Below, one piece after another: positions 30,488 through 44,582 of a stretch of 64,000 bases of DNA. The stretch spans positions 74,400,001 through 74,464,000 of the forward strand of contig OX597830.1 in the NCBI GenBank assembly GCA_951406725.2, written 5' to 3'. The position numbers and the translations under genes are program-made. The notes beneath the pieces were generated by a model. It was given only the letters and a program-made list of their open reading frames with translations, was not told the DNA's origin and did not search any database. This DNA comes from Octopus vulgaris (Eukaryota). Every line of letters begins with the position of its first letter. The first letter of the stretch is position 1.

Positions 30488-33400
30488 AAACTTCCCGAAA
30501 TTTTCGACGAAACTTCCTGGACACTAGAAAATCCACGGAACGTCCCATAAAATTTTCGACGAAACATCCCGGAAATCAGAAATTCCTTGGAACTCCCCAT
30601 GAAGTTTTCGACGAAACTTTCCGGAAGTCAGAACATCCTCGGGACTTCCCCCTGAAATTTGCGACGAAACTTCCCGGGAGCTAAAAATCATTGGAATTTC
30701 ATATCAAGTTTTCGACGAAACTTCTCGGAAGTCAGAAAAACATCGGAACCTCCCATGAAGTTTTCGACGAAACATCCCGGAAGCTAGAAAATCACCGGAA
30801 TTTCCTATGACGTTTTCGATAAAACTTCCCGGAAGTCAGAAAATCATCAGAACTTCCCATGAAGATTTCGACGACATTTTCCGGAAGTCAGAACATCCTC
30901 GGGACTTCCCCTGAAATTTTCGACGAATATTCCCGGAAGCTAGAAAATCATTGGAATTTCCTATGAAATTTTCGACGAAACTTCCCGGAAATCAGAAAAT
31001 CATCACAACTTCCCATGAATTTTCCGAAGAAACTTTCCGGAAGTCAGAACATCTTCGGGATTTCCCCTGAATTTTCGACGAAACTTCCTGGAAGCTACAA
31101 AATCATCGGAATTTCCAAGTAAATTTCCGACGAGACTTCCCGGAAGTCAGAAATTCCTCGGAATTTCCCATGAAGTTTCGACGAAACTTCCCGGAATTCA
31201 GAAAAGCTCGGAACATCACGTGAAGTTTTCGACGAAACTTCACCGAAGTCACAAAATCATCGGAACTCCCCATGAAGTTTCAACGAAACTTTCCGGAAGT
31301 CAAAACATCCTCGGAATTACCCCTGAAATTTTCGACGAAACTTCACGAAAGCTAGAAAATCATTGGATTTTCCTATGAAGTTTTCGTTGAAACATCCCAG
31401 GAGTCAGAAAATCATCGGAACTTCCCATGAAGTTTTCGACGAAAATTCCCGGAAGCTACATGGTGGACATGAAGATTTCGACGAAAATTCCCGCAAGCTA
31501 GAAAATTATCGGAATTTCCAATAAAATTTTCGACGAAACTTCACAGAAGCTATAAAATCATTGGAATTTCCTATGAAGTTTTCGATGAGACTTCCCGGAA
31601 GTCAGGAAACCATCGGAACTTCCCATGAAGTTTCGACGAAAACTCTGGCAAGCTAGAAAATCATCGGGATTTGCAATGTAGTTTTCGACGAAATTTACCG
31701 GAAGCTAGAAAATCATTTGAATTTCCTTTGAAGTTTTCGACGAAACTTTCCGTAATTCAGAACATCCTCGGGAATTCCCCTGAAATTTTTGACGAAACTT
31801 TACGGATTCCTTGCAACTTCCCATGAAGTTTTCGACGAAACTTACCGGAAGTCAGAAAATCATCGGGACTTCCCATGAATTTTTCGACGAAACTTTTCTA
31901 AAGGACGAAAATCCTTAATTTCGACGAAACTTACCGGAAGTAAGAAAATCGTCGGAATTTCCCATGAAATTTTCGACGAAAGTTTTCGAAAGTGAGAAAA
32001 TCCTCGGAATTTCCATGAAGTTTTCGACGAAATTTCCCGGAAGTCAGAAAATTGCCTTTGAAGTTTTCGACCAAACATTCCGGAATTCAGAACATCCTCG
32101 GGATTTCACCTGAAATTTTCGACGAAACTTCACGGAAGCTAGAAAATCATTGGAATTTCCAAAGAAATTTTGAATGATACTTCCCGGAAATCAGAAATTC
32201 CTTGCAACTTCCTATGAAGTCTTCGACGAAACTTACCGGAAGTCAGAAAATCATCGGGGCTTCCCATGAATTTTCGACGAAACTTTTCGAAAGTAAGAAA
32301 ATCCTTAATTTCGACGAAACTTACCGGAAGTCAGAAAATAATCGGGACTTCCCATGAATTTTCGACGAAACTTTTCGAAAATCAGAAAATCCTCGGAATT
32401 TCCGTGAAGGTTTCGACGAAACTTTTCGGAAGCTACAAAATTTCCTATGAAGTTTTCGACGAAATTTCACGGAAGTGGGAAAACCATTGGAACTCCCCAT
32501 TAATTTTTCGACGAAACTTCCCGGAAGTCAAGAATTCCTCTCTATTTCCGATGAGATTTTCAACGAAACTTCCTCGGAATTTGCAATGTAGTTTTCGACG
32601 AAACTTACCGGAAGCTAGATAATCATTGGAATTTCCGTTGAAGATTTCGACGAAACTTTCCGAAAGATCAGAATATCCTCGGGATTTCCCCTGAAATTTT
32701 GGACGAAACTCATTGGAATGAAGTTTTCGACGAAATTTCCCGGAAGTCAGAAAATCATCGGAACTTCCCATGAATTTTTGCACGAAACTTCCCGGAAGTC
32801 AGAAAATTCTCGGAACTTCACATGAAGATTTCGACGAAACTTACCGGAGGTCAGAAAATCATCGGGACTTCCCATGAATTTTCGACGAAACTTTTCGAAA
32901 GTAAGGAAATCATCGCAATTTCCATGAAGTGTTCGACGAAACTTCTCGGAAGCTAGAAAATCATTGGGATTTCCTATGAAGTTTTCGACGAAACTTACCA
33001 GAATCGTCGGAATTTCCCATGAATTTTTCGACGAAAGTTTTCGAAAGTGAGAAAATGCTTGGAATTTCCATAAAGTTTTCGACGAAATATCCCGGAATTC
33101 AGAAAATCATGGGAATTGCCCTTGAAGTTTTCGACGAAACTTTCCGGAATTCAGAACATCCTCGGGGTTCCCCTGAAATTTTCGATGAAACTTCACGGAA
33201 GCTAGATAATCATTTTAATTTCCTATGAAATTTTCAACGAAACTTCCCGGAAATCAGAAATTCCACGCAACTACCCATGTAATTTTCAACGAAACTTCCC
33301 GAAAGATAGAAAATCATTTGAATTTCCTTTGAAGTTTTCGACGAAACTTTCCGTAATTCAGAACATCCTCGGGATTTCCCCTGAAATTTTTGACGAAACT

Positions 33401-34830
33401 TCACGGATTCCTTGCAACTTCCCATGAAGTTTTCGACGAAACTTACCGGAAGTCAGAAAATCATCGGGACTCCCCATGAATTTTTCGACGAAACTTTTCT
33501 AAAAGAAGAAAATCCTTAATTTCGACGAAACCTACCGGAAGTAAGAAAATATCGGAATTTCCCATGAATTTTTCGACGAAAGTTTTCGAAAGTGAGAAAA
33601 TCCTCGGAATTTCCATGAAGTTTTCGACGAAATTTCCCGGAAGTCAGAAAATCATGGGAATTGCCTTTGAAGTTTTCGACCAAACTTTCCGGAATTCAGA
33701 ACATCCTCGGGATTTCACCTGAAATTCTCGACGAAACTTCACGGAAGCTAGAAAATCATTGGAATTTCCAAAGAAATTTTGAACGATACTTCCCGGAAAT
33801 CAGAAATTCCTTGCAACTTCCTATGAAGTCTTCGACGAAACTTACCTGAAGTCAGAAAATCATCGGGACTTCCCATGAATTTTCGACGAAACTTTTCGAA
33901 AGTAAGAAAATCCTTAATTTCGACGAAACTTACCGGAAGTCAGAAAATCGTCGGGATTTCACATGAATTTTTGGACGAAACATTTCGAAAGTGAGAAAAT
34001 CCTCGGAATTTCCATGAAGATTTCGACGAAATTTCCCCGAAGTCACAAAATCATCGGAATTCCCCATGAAGTTTTCGACGAAACTTTCCGGAAGTAAGAA
34101 AATCATGGGAATTGCCTTTGAAGTTTTCGACCAAACTTTCCGGAATTCAGAACATCCTCGGGATTTCACCTGAAATTCTCGACGAAACTTCACGGAAGCT
34201 AGAAAATCATTGGAATTTCCAAAGAAATTTTGAACGATACTTCCCGGAAATCAGAAATTCCTTGCAACTTCCTATGAAGTCTTCGACGAAACTTACCTGA
34301 AGTCAGAAAATCATCGGGACTTCCCATGAATTTTCGACGAAACTTTTCGAAATTAAGAAAATCCTTAATTTCGACGAAACTTACCGGAAGTCAGAAAATC
34401 GTCGGGATTTCACATGAATTTTTGGACGAAACATTTCGAAAGTGAGAAAATCCTCGGAATTTCCATGAAGATTTCGACGAAATTTCCCCGAAGTCACAAA
34501 ATCATCGGAATTCCCCATGAAGTTTTCGACGAAACTTTCCGGAAGTAAGAACATCCTCCGGATTTCCCCTGAAATTTTGGACGAAACTTCACGGAAGCTA
34601 GAAAATCATTGGAATTTCCTATGAAATGTTCAACGAAACTTCCCGGAATCAGAAATTCTTCGCAACTTCCCATTTCATTTTCGACGAAACTTGCCGGAAG
34701 CTAGAAAATCCTCGGAATTCCCCATGAAACTTCCCGGAAGTCAGGAAATCATCGGAACTTCCCATGAAGTTTTCGACGAAAACTTCCGCAAGCTAGAAAA
34801 TCATCGGGATTTCCTATGAAGTTTTCGACG
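30488..34830. repeat. Satellite array, ~52 bp unit (consensus ~gaagttttcgacgaaacttcccggaagtcagaaaatcatcggaacttcccat) with higher-order repeats
   Basis: Directly visible tandem units, roughly 80-90 of them. Identical 62-aa ORFs at 33661 and 34112 show a 451 bp period. A block at ~31721 recurs at ~33322. Confidence 0.95.
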
Positions 34831-34834
34831 TAAG

Positions 34835-35055
34835 TCCTCGTGTATGTGGCGGTATCTGGCGAACTTTGATAAAGTATGTTTAATGATATCACGGGGCAGT
34901 TTTTGCACGTTCTTTAGCTATATAACTGGAATACTATTTGATACAGATGCTGATTTTGGGTCTAAATCATTAATAGCCGCAAGTATATCAACTTTCATGA
35001 TATTAATTTTAAGTTGTGTCTCTGCAGATGAGTTGTGGGATCAAAGAATTCGCTT
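34835..35055 (-). mobile_element. CR1-like RT domain-0 fragment
   Basis: Minus strand INIMKVDILAAINDLDPKSASVSNSIPVI*LK (degenerate KSAGPDGIP motif). Confidence 0.6.
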
Positions 35056-35059
35056 GGAT

Positions 35060-36170
35060 TATGCATGGGGCTGCGATTGTGACTGAGAATATGGCCTTAC
35101 GCCTGTTGAAACAAAAGTGTCGTGGATAGATTTTGCGATCATGCCCACGAAGACTTTTATCCGGCGCAGGGGATGAAAATCTTCGCAAATGGTAGGCTTA
35201 CATGTCCGTTGAAGATGCTGAAAGTCGGATGAGATCTCCCTGCATCCTCCGTTGTTTGAGTGAAAGCAATGACAGCCGTCAGAGATGTTCCTCTTATGCA
35301 AGTTTAGACAAGCCCTCGCCCATTCGAGTGGCCAAATGCTGAACCCATTCCAGGTGCTGAATGTCTTTCTGGAGATATGGGTTTGCGGTTTTGATGTAAT
35401 ATTCGAGGATGGGTCGAACTAGAGTGATATATACAGGCCAAAAGACGTCCATTGAAAGGTTAGCAAAGGATCGGTGGATGAGGAAAAGATTCCTTCTGGC
35501 TTTGTTCGAATCCTCGATACCCTGCCGTGGTGGTTTGAAAATAGTATCGATCATTATGCTGAGATCCTTTTCTTCAGTGACCATCTTAAGATGTTGATGT
35601 GGCCAATGGTCAAGGGAGAGTTTGGAGGTGAACCTATTGGCAAATGGCTGCATTTTGAGGCGTTCAAGTTCAGATTCTATTCTTCCGCCCAATTCCAAGC
35701 TCGGTTCAGCGACAATTGGATTATGTAGTATTGATTCCTAGGTGAGACTAGTTTGACGTCGTCTGCAAATAGAAGAACTCTTCCATCAAGAAAATATGAC
35801 AGGTCGTTGATATAGAGAAGGAAAAGTATTGGCCGTAGCACCGACCTCTGGGGAACGCCGTTGCATGCATTCGTCTCCGCTGAGAGATCTCCATTTATCT
35901 GCACCCAAAAGGTTCGATAGCTCAGGAAGGAAGAAATCCACAAAGTCAACAATGGATGAATCTTGAATGCTCGAAGTTTGCACAAGAGAAGTCAGTGATT
36001 AACAGAGTCAAATGCCTTTGCGAAGTCCAAAAATACCACGCCCACCAAGTCTTTTTCATCCATGGTCCTTATAATCCATTCTTCAAGAAGGAGAAGATTT
36101 GTTAGGCAAAATCTTCAGGGTAGAAATCCATGCTGCGAGTCGGATATTTCTTTGTACCATATACAGATAA
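35060..36170 (-). mobile_element. Second CR1-like LINE (RT core through C-terminus), decayed
   Basis: QHGFLP, LDFAKAFDSVNH, GVPQRSVLRPILFLLYINDL..LLFADDVKL, LVRPILEY, and C-terminal RRMQGDLI..LRGHDRK. Confidence 0.9.
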
Positions 36171-36184
36171 TTGTATAATGCTTT

Positions 36185-36560
36185 GGTTAGAAATAGCTGT
36201 GGGAATGACGTGATCATTGTGAATAAAAACAAAGTCAAGTATGCTATTTTCCCCTAATTGGACAGGTAATAAGTTGATGTATGGGAAAGTATTTTGCTGT
36301 ATCGAGGAAAGGGTTCATATCCCTCCACATCAGTTGCTTGGTTCCAGGCTGGATATAATCCTCTGACCAGCTAAGATTAGTAAAATTAATCTTAGCCTGT
36401 GTGCTCGCCTCAGCTAGGGTTAGACTTGTGAGTAAAAAAAGCACCTCTGAAGTAATCTTCGTGGTTAACCGCGTCAGGATGACGGTAGGTAATGCTTTCA
36501 ATATCATTTCCTTTTTATATAAATTAGTCTGAAATTGTCGAATACATTTCTTTGCAAATT
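36185..36560 (-). mobile_element. LINE APE endonuclease fragment (CR1-like)
   Basis: ITYRHPD (YRPP motif, alternate frame), NFTNLSW (DFN..W), and HQLITCPIRG(K/N)ILDFVF (Q.V..PTR..ILDLV). Confidence 0.7.
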
Positions 36561-37955
36561 GGATAATTTCGGAGTTGGTCTGCAATCATTTATAGTTAAA
36601 TGTTTCCTTTCAAAATCCTTTTTTTTTTTTATTAAACTGGACTAGTATTTCGAATGAGCAATAAGTATCAAAGCATTTAACAATGAGCATTAAATATCAA
36701 AGATAAAAATAAATCATTTTGTTCCCTTGTCAAACTTTAGACCTAACAACCTAAATGAGAAAACCGATATGACTGAAATAATTATTAAAGGGCATTTATT
36801 TTTAGGCTGAGGTCAAACAGTCGAATCCATTCAACCATGTCGTCAGTCTTTAGCAACATCAACTTCAAAGAACTTGAGAGAGGTGACAGACTGATACAGG
36901 ACAAGAACCTTCACACATTTTCAGCATTGCAAGATTTTGGAGTTATTTTTGTCAGAATAGAGCTGTCTTCAAGAATCCAAGTAATGCTATGTATTGAAGA
37001 GTAGCCGTAGATGCTGGTCATAATGTTGTTCTTGTTGTTTGCTGCTACTGTTGTTGTTGTCACATACTTTTTATTTTGACGCTACTATGCTTCAGAAGTT
37101 GGTTAGTCATAAATTCCCTTGGGAATTTTAAGCCCTGCTTCATCACTTTTATTTATCTATTTTTGCTCTTTGTTTTTGCTTTGAAACGAAATCCAGCTTC
37201 AAGCATCTTATACAGATAATTTTTTGACACTATTTTCTGAAACTGGTAAAATTATGTAGGGGGCGTAACTTTTGATATTGCACCACCTGAAAATTCCAAG
37301 GGGTGCAGGTGCACCCGCTGCACCCCCTGTTCCCGGGCCCTTGTATATATACACACACAAAGTATGGGGTTTAGTTCACAGGTGATCTAAACGATATACA
37401 TTATAACGTTTGTGTGTATACACAATTATATATATATTGATCTAGAAAAAAGGAGATCATCCACAACAGTTGCAGGACATTCCAAAGTCGCCGGGAGATC
37501 CTCGCTGAAGCCAACGGTGATTTTATTGAAGAAATTTCCTCTTTAATATTTCAGGCAAATTTTCATGCGATTTTGGTAAATATATGTTAAAATGAGATGT
37601 AAGTATTATTTTCATTTTTGCGAATTTAGTCACTGCACTCTGTGCATATATTTTCCAACTTATTATGAACAAAGAAATATGTCTGAAAAGTTGGATTCTT
37701 AATACATGATGAGAAATCATTACAAAATTTATGGAATAAGTTTTACCGACGCATGCAGCCGAATGTTATTATGTTTAGCTGTAAAATCTTGATGGGGTCA
37801 TAAGAGAATCAATCAGTAACACAGCATATTTTTGATTTCTATACCTTGTGGAATGCTGCTGTCACCAGATGTAAACGCAACCGAAGTCTCATAGAGAGAA
37901 ACAAAATCAAACAAATAGTAGAAGAACCGATTCTGGATCTGCACTGATATCTTAA

Positions 37956-38109
37956 CCCTTCGAGCCCGTAACACCGGTTTACCAGTGGATGGCTTATTTT
38001 TCTCTGTACCGTAGCACCGCTCTATACCGTAGCACCGCTCTATACCGTAGCACAGGTGGAGTGCCAGGTATATAGTAAAATAAGGCTAATGAGGTCACGG
38101 CTCAAAGGG
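37956..38109. mobile_element. piggyBac-type MITE, 154 bp
   Basis: TTAA|cccttcgagcccgt ... acggctcaaaggg|TTAA. Internal 18 bp tandem taccgtagcaccgctcta, ~2.6 copies. Confidence 0.85.
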
Positions 38110-38209
38110 TTAATTATCAGACACCACAATAAAGTTAGCTCCGAAGGTTTAAGGACTCTTCTACATCAAAATCCTAGTTTGGAATCCGGAAGCGGACATA
38201 GCCAATTTA

Positions 38210-38418
38210 TTCTTTTGCTCTTTTACTTGTTTCAGTTATTTAACTGTGGCCGCGCTGGAGCATCGCCTTTAGTCGAGCAAATCGACACCAGGAATTATTC
38301 TCTCGGTCTCTTTTGCCGAACCGCTAAGTTACGGGGACTTAAACGCGCCAGCATCAGTTGTCAAGCGATGTTGGGGGGACAAACACAGACACACAAACAC
38401 ACACACACACATATATAT

Positions 38419-38487
<69 letters not shown>

Positions 38488-38641
38488 CGACAGGCTTCTT
38501 TCAGTTTCCGTCTACCAAATCCACTCACAAGGCTTTGGTCGACCCGAGGCTATAGCAGAAGAAACTAAGGTGCCACGCAGTGGGACTGAACCCGGAACCT
38601 TGTGGTTCGTAAGCAAGCTACTTACCACACAGCCACTCCTA
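38210..38641 (-). mobile_element. SINE family 3
   Basis: Matches 26308-26693; its internal microsatellite has expanded to a long (TA)n. Confidence 0.88.
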
Positions 38642-38870
38642 CCCCTTTATTAAACTTCTACAGTTGTTTCTGCAAGATACGTACAAGAATGCTAGTTGTT
38701 ATTAAGAACAACTGGATGGTCACGGCCGGAATGCTGTTGGTAGTAAGTAGGTTTAATACGAACAGCTTTGACTCGAAGCTAAGCGACAATGAACAACAGC
38801 AACCCGCAACAACATCATCAGCACCAACAAGAACAACACGACTGTTCCTCCGAAAGGAAGATCAATATAT

Positions 38871-38914
<44 letters not shown>

Positions 38915-39524
38915 CTGGACAGAAGGTTTTGCTTATAGAAACAACTAAGATTAATACATTATTCCAAGCAGCAATATAATTTTCGGGGTTGTGCCCTGAC
39001 CTAGATGGGTCAGACATTACATCCACCCTGGAATGACCCTGCCAGGTATGGTTTCACCCGGTCATCTAAGTAAAAGCAACGTAAGCATACGACCATGACG
39101 GCCAACACGAATATCACTATTCATAGACCTCATAGCTTTCACTCGGCGAACAATGACGTGTCACGAATTGTTTTTGTTGTTGTTGTCTGTTCGTGTTATT
39201 TTTGTTCTATTTCTAGATCTATATGTATATAACTGTGCATACACACAAACATATATATATATATATATGACTTCTTGTGTGTATGTGTGTTTAGTGTGAG
39301 CGTAAGTATAACTCTGTGTGTGTCTGAATTTCTCCAAATTTTGTTACTACATGCAATATGTATGTTGACGCGTTATATGGTGGCATCTGACTCACACATA
39401 CACACGCGCACACACATACACACACAAATATATATATAGGAGTGTATAGTATGTTTGTGTAAAGATATACATACATACGCACGTACGTACACACACATAC
39501 ACACACACACAGACAGACAGACAG

Positions 39525-39589
<65 letters not shown>

Positions 39590-39594
39590 CTGGA

Positions 39595-39857
39595 TGCGGT
39601 GAATATATAGTGTATATACTGATAAAAATGGTAAGACAACAAAAGAAAGAAAGAGACCTCGATATTATGTAAATAGAGGAACTTTATCTGTAAATGTAAT
39701 ATGTGACAATTATTCGGTAGCCATGATAAAACTCCGAGTTTCGGATGCCGAGGTGGAAATCCACACCACCATCTCTTCAGTTATCCGCGTGGATTTCCTC
39801 CTAGGCATCCGAAACTCGGAGATTTATCATGGCTATCGAATAATTGTCACATATTAC

Positions 39858-39862
<5 letters not shown>
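39595..39862 (-). mobile_element. Penelope-like pLTR fragment with ~75 bp inverted duplication
   Basis: 39691-39764 and 39789-39861 are near-perfect inverted arms. The region carries a hammerhead motif and is flanked by microsatellites. Confidence 0.65.
39725..39785 (-). ncRNA. Minimal type-I hammerhead ribozyme motif, canonical core CUGAAGA
   Basis: Minus strand: gataa CTGAAGA gatg..catc c GAAA ctcggag T T ttatc. Stem I is gataa/ttatc; stem III is palindrome-like. Confidence 0.65.
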
Positions 39863-39921
<59 letters not shown>

Positions 39922-40634
39922 TTATCTATATATATATTTGAAAGAATTTTGAAAAAGCAAACGTCTTTTAGAGATGTTTATTGACTTGACCGGTTTCACG
40001 TTTCTAATAAAAGATTATAAAATATAAAATGTAAGGTTTTGTATAAACTTTGTTGTGTTAAAAAATTGTTAACACAAAAGAATTAAAATACAATTATGCA
40101 GTCTTTGATCATGATAAGAAATTGTTAAACAGTTCACATGAAAGTATTTAAGAAAGGGAATAAAATAAGTTTTCTGAGTTCAATAAAAATCATGTTTGTG
40201 TCCTTCTGTACATATATGTATATACACGAGATATATTACAGAATTTACAAAACATTGGAGAGGAAAAGCTGACTATCTGATATTTTCTGTCTTGTGTGTA
40301 CCTAGGGAACTATCAAAAACTGTCCACACACACAAATACTTGCACATATATATATATACATACACACACATAGAGATGTGCACAGACACACACACGCACA
40401 CGCTCACACCATCCAGACCTCTAAAACCAGTCCCCAAAACCACTGAAACATGACAGACTAGCCCAGAAACAAAAAATTCTTTTGATTCCACATAGATATT
40501 CCCTGCCCAACCAACCTCCCACACTGTTCCTTAAAAAAGCAAACATTCCTTAGCTACACATAAGACAGCAAGTTTCAGACAGACAGGTCAGTTATTCCTC
40601 CCCAATTTTTTGTGACTTCTTAAATATATCTCCT

Positions 40635-40734
<100 letters not shown>

Positions 40735-40758
40735 TAGATAGATAGATAGATAGATTAA

Positions 40759-40809
<51 letters not shown>

Positions 40810-40810
40810 T

Positions 40811-41288
40811 ATTTCTTTATTAGTCACACAGGGCTGCACACAGACGGGACAAATTACAAGGTAGAGCTTTTCTTTTTGGGGATGGAAAAAGGGGTATGGT
40901 TTTCGATCAAAAGGGATCGTAAAAGGAAAGAAAGAGGAAAGCCAAAAAAGGGAGGATAAAAATAAAAGGAAAAAGAAAAAAATCGATCATTAGGGATCGT
41001 TATCACAGAAATGTCAAGATAAAGTGTAAAGGGGAGGACAAGTGAGATTTACCCGTGGAAAAAAAGCCTACGGAAAAGACCACGGTAACCTCGGCCAATG
41101 AAGTCACATGTTATATTTTTTTTACAAATAAGCAACTCTGTATTAATTGTTACGGTTCATAGGATCATAGTCAAGGTGGCTTCGTCATTCATACGTGCCA
41201 TCCTTGCTACATTCACCCATCTTTTTTTAAGACATTCACTAGACAAAACTTGCCTCTCTACTCTCAAGTGATACTTGAAGAAGTTGAT
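40811..41288 (-). mobile_element. Tx1/L1-like LINE 3' end, copy 1, in (GATA)n
   Basis: Minus strand RVERQVLSSECLKKRWVNVARMARMNDEATLTMIL*, then a T-rich 3' UTR ending aataaagaaat followed by (TATC)n. Confidence 0.7.
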
Positions 41289-41311
41289 GATAGATAGATA
41301 GATAGATAGAC

Positions 41312-41428
<117 letters not shown>

Positions 41429-41429
41429 T

Positions 41430-42021
<592 letters not shown>

Positions 42022-42782
42022 CCAGGCTGGTATTTTTGAAAAACTATGGCTGATATTACAGACGCCACATAATTTCAGCGACTCTGATAGGATGAATTGC
42101 TAAGTTGACCTTAGCTAGTTCTGAATCGAAATGTAAAGAACCGGATGAAATGCTACCGATCAATTTGTCCGAAGCGCTAATAATTCAGCCGGTTGCTCGC
42201 TAGGCAGTACACTTTTATTTTGTATCTATGCACGTGTGCGCGTGAAAGAGAGAGACAGAGAGACAGACAGACAGAGACAGATAGACACACTGACAGAAAC
42301 AGAGTGAATGTATGTGACTTTCAACAATTGTATAGATATGAGTGTGTGTGTGTGTGTGTGTGTGCGTGTGTGTGTATACGTATGTGAGTACCTGTTAGCA
42401 TCGGCCACTAGATATGCTAATAATGGTATTTGTATAATTATGTGTTCCCATACGTACATTTTGTACCCCCCAACACGACCACTACTACTATCACCACATA
42501 AATCTGCTGTGCTTTCTGAGTGGGAAAAACACAAGATGTAAGTGCGTAAGAATGTATATGTATATATGGAAGGCAGAGGAGACTTATTCTGGTCAAATAT
42601 AAATCGAACAAAGAAATAATAATTCCCAAGGCGATTATTCATAAAATCGTAATCAAATTAGGTATGAACATAGAAATATGACTGTATGCATTTATATACA
42701 CACACACACACACACAGACACACACACACACCTACGCACGAACACTTTTATATATATATGACATACATACATAAATACATAC

Positions 42783-42836
<54 letters not shown>

Positions 42837-43670
42837 CCATCTCTCTCACACTCTCTCTGTACGTGTGTGTGTTTTATATGATTGTATGTATGCGTTTATC
42901 TATTTCTATATAAATATATGTGTATATATGTATGTGTATTTGTATTCATAGATGAATGAGTAGATATGTAAATATATAGACATATAACCGAATGCGTATA
43001 TAATTTACAATAATGGGTTACCACTAACAGGCAAGCACGCTCTCACAAAGATGCGCACATGCATACAAACATATATACTTATATTCTCTTCCGCGTATAC
43101 ATAGGCTTGCATATACACATATCTACATGTGTACATACAGATATAAATAGATGGACATATATATATATATGTACATATATTGCTACAGAGATACATGAAA
43201 ACTTATATCTATGTCAATACAGGACACTCTCGCCTACTCATACACCGAACATCCTACGAATATCTGGCTGTTTGCATTGGGGCTGTCTGTTTGGCCAACA
43301 AGAACCGTCAAATGTTTTCCCCAATACAGGCTATATTTTATTTCAAACACTTAAATGTTCACCTATTTTACAAAAGCAATTATTGTGCGCTGAAATGAAG
43401 AAAAAGTAACGATATATTGCCATTCAAAGCTGCATCAGTGATTTGAAGGAACTTTGCTAGCTCAACAAGTCTGTCATTTTAAATCTTTGCCCACCGTCAA
43501 AAGCGACATGTTTGAATGTATTATAGGCGGTTTTTAGTCGTTTTATACACCAGTAAATTCAAAACTTGTCAAAGGAACTTCGAATTCATTATGATAAAAG
43601 ACTATTTAACAGTGTATATGTCTCCCTTGCCCTCGTGTTTTGTCTTCAGAGTATGTGTCTATATATTCAA

Positions 43671-43711
<41 letters not shown>

Positions 43712-43802
43712 TACACATACATACATAACCACATACATACATATATACATACATATATGCATATATATATATATATATGTATGTATGTATGTATATATAT
43801 AC

Positions 43803-43862
<60 letters not shown>

Positions 43863-44237
43863 ATTATGTGTGTGTATGCATTTATATATATGTGTGAGTT
43901 CTTGTGTATATCTAAATGTCTGTATTTAGTCTTGCGATGAGAGCATGGTAGTTATACTGCGTTCTGAATAAATAATTGTTGATGTTTGTTATGTCTATAT
44001 TTTTCTATTTAGTTTTATTTTTATTTAGTTTCTCTTTATTCTATTGTCGCTTAGTTTTAACTCAGAACATATATATATGAAAACTTCAAACGCACGCACG
44101 CGTTTACACGTACGTCTAAATGTAGGCACTAACCATGGACGCACGCACGCACACACCAACCATATGTATGTGTATGTATTTATGTATACTTATCATTCCT
44201 TGTAAATGTATCTATAAACATACAGATATATACACAT

Positions 44238-44278
<41 letters not shown>

Positions 44279-44369
44279 GAGAGAGAGAGACGGAGAGAGA
44301 TTAAATACATACATAATACAGTAGTAGATATACATGTATATATAAACATACATGTGTGTATATATATCT

Positions 44370-44582
<213 letters not shown>

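Noticed and set aside
30488-34830. CRISPR-like array or repetitive coding region
   Set aside because: The units are contiguous with no unique spacers, there are no cas genes, the context is eukaryotic, and the ORFs are short and frameshifted.
36244-36585. Captured host exon inside the hAT-like element
   Set aside because: The motifs (YRHP, NFTNLSW, PIRG.ILDFVF) are explained by a LINE APE endonuclease.
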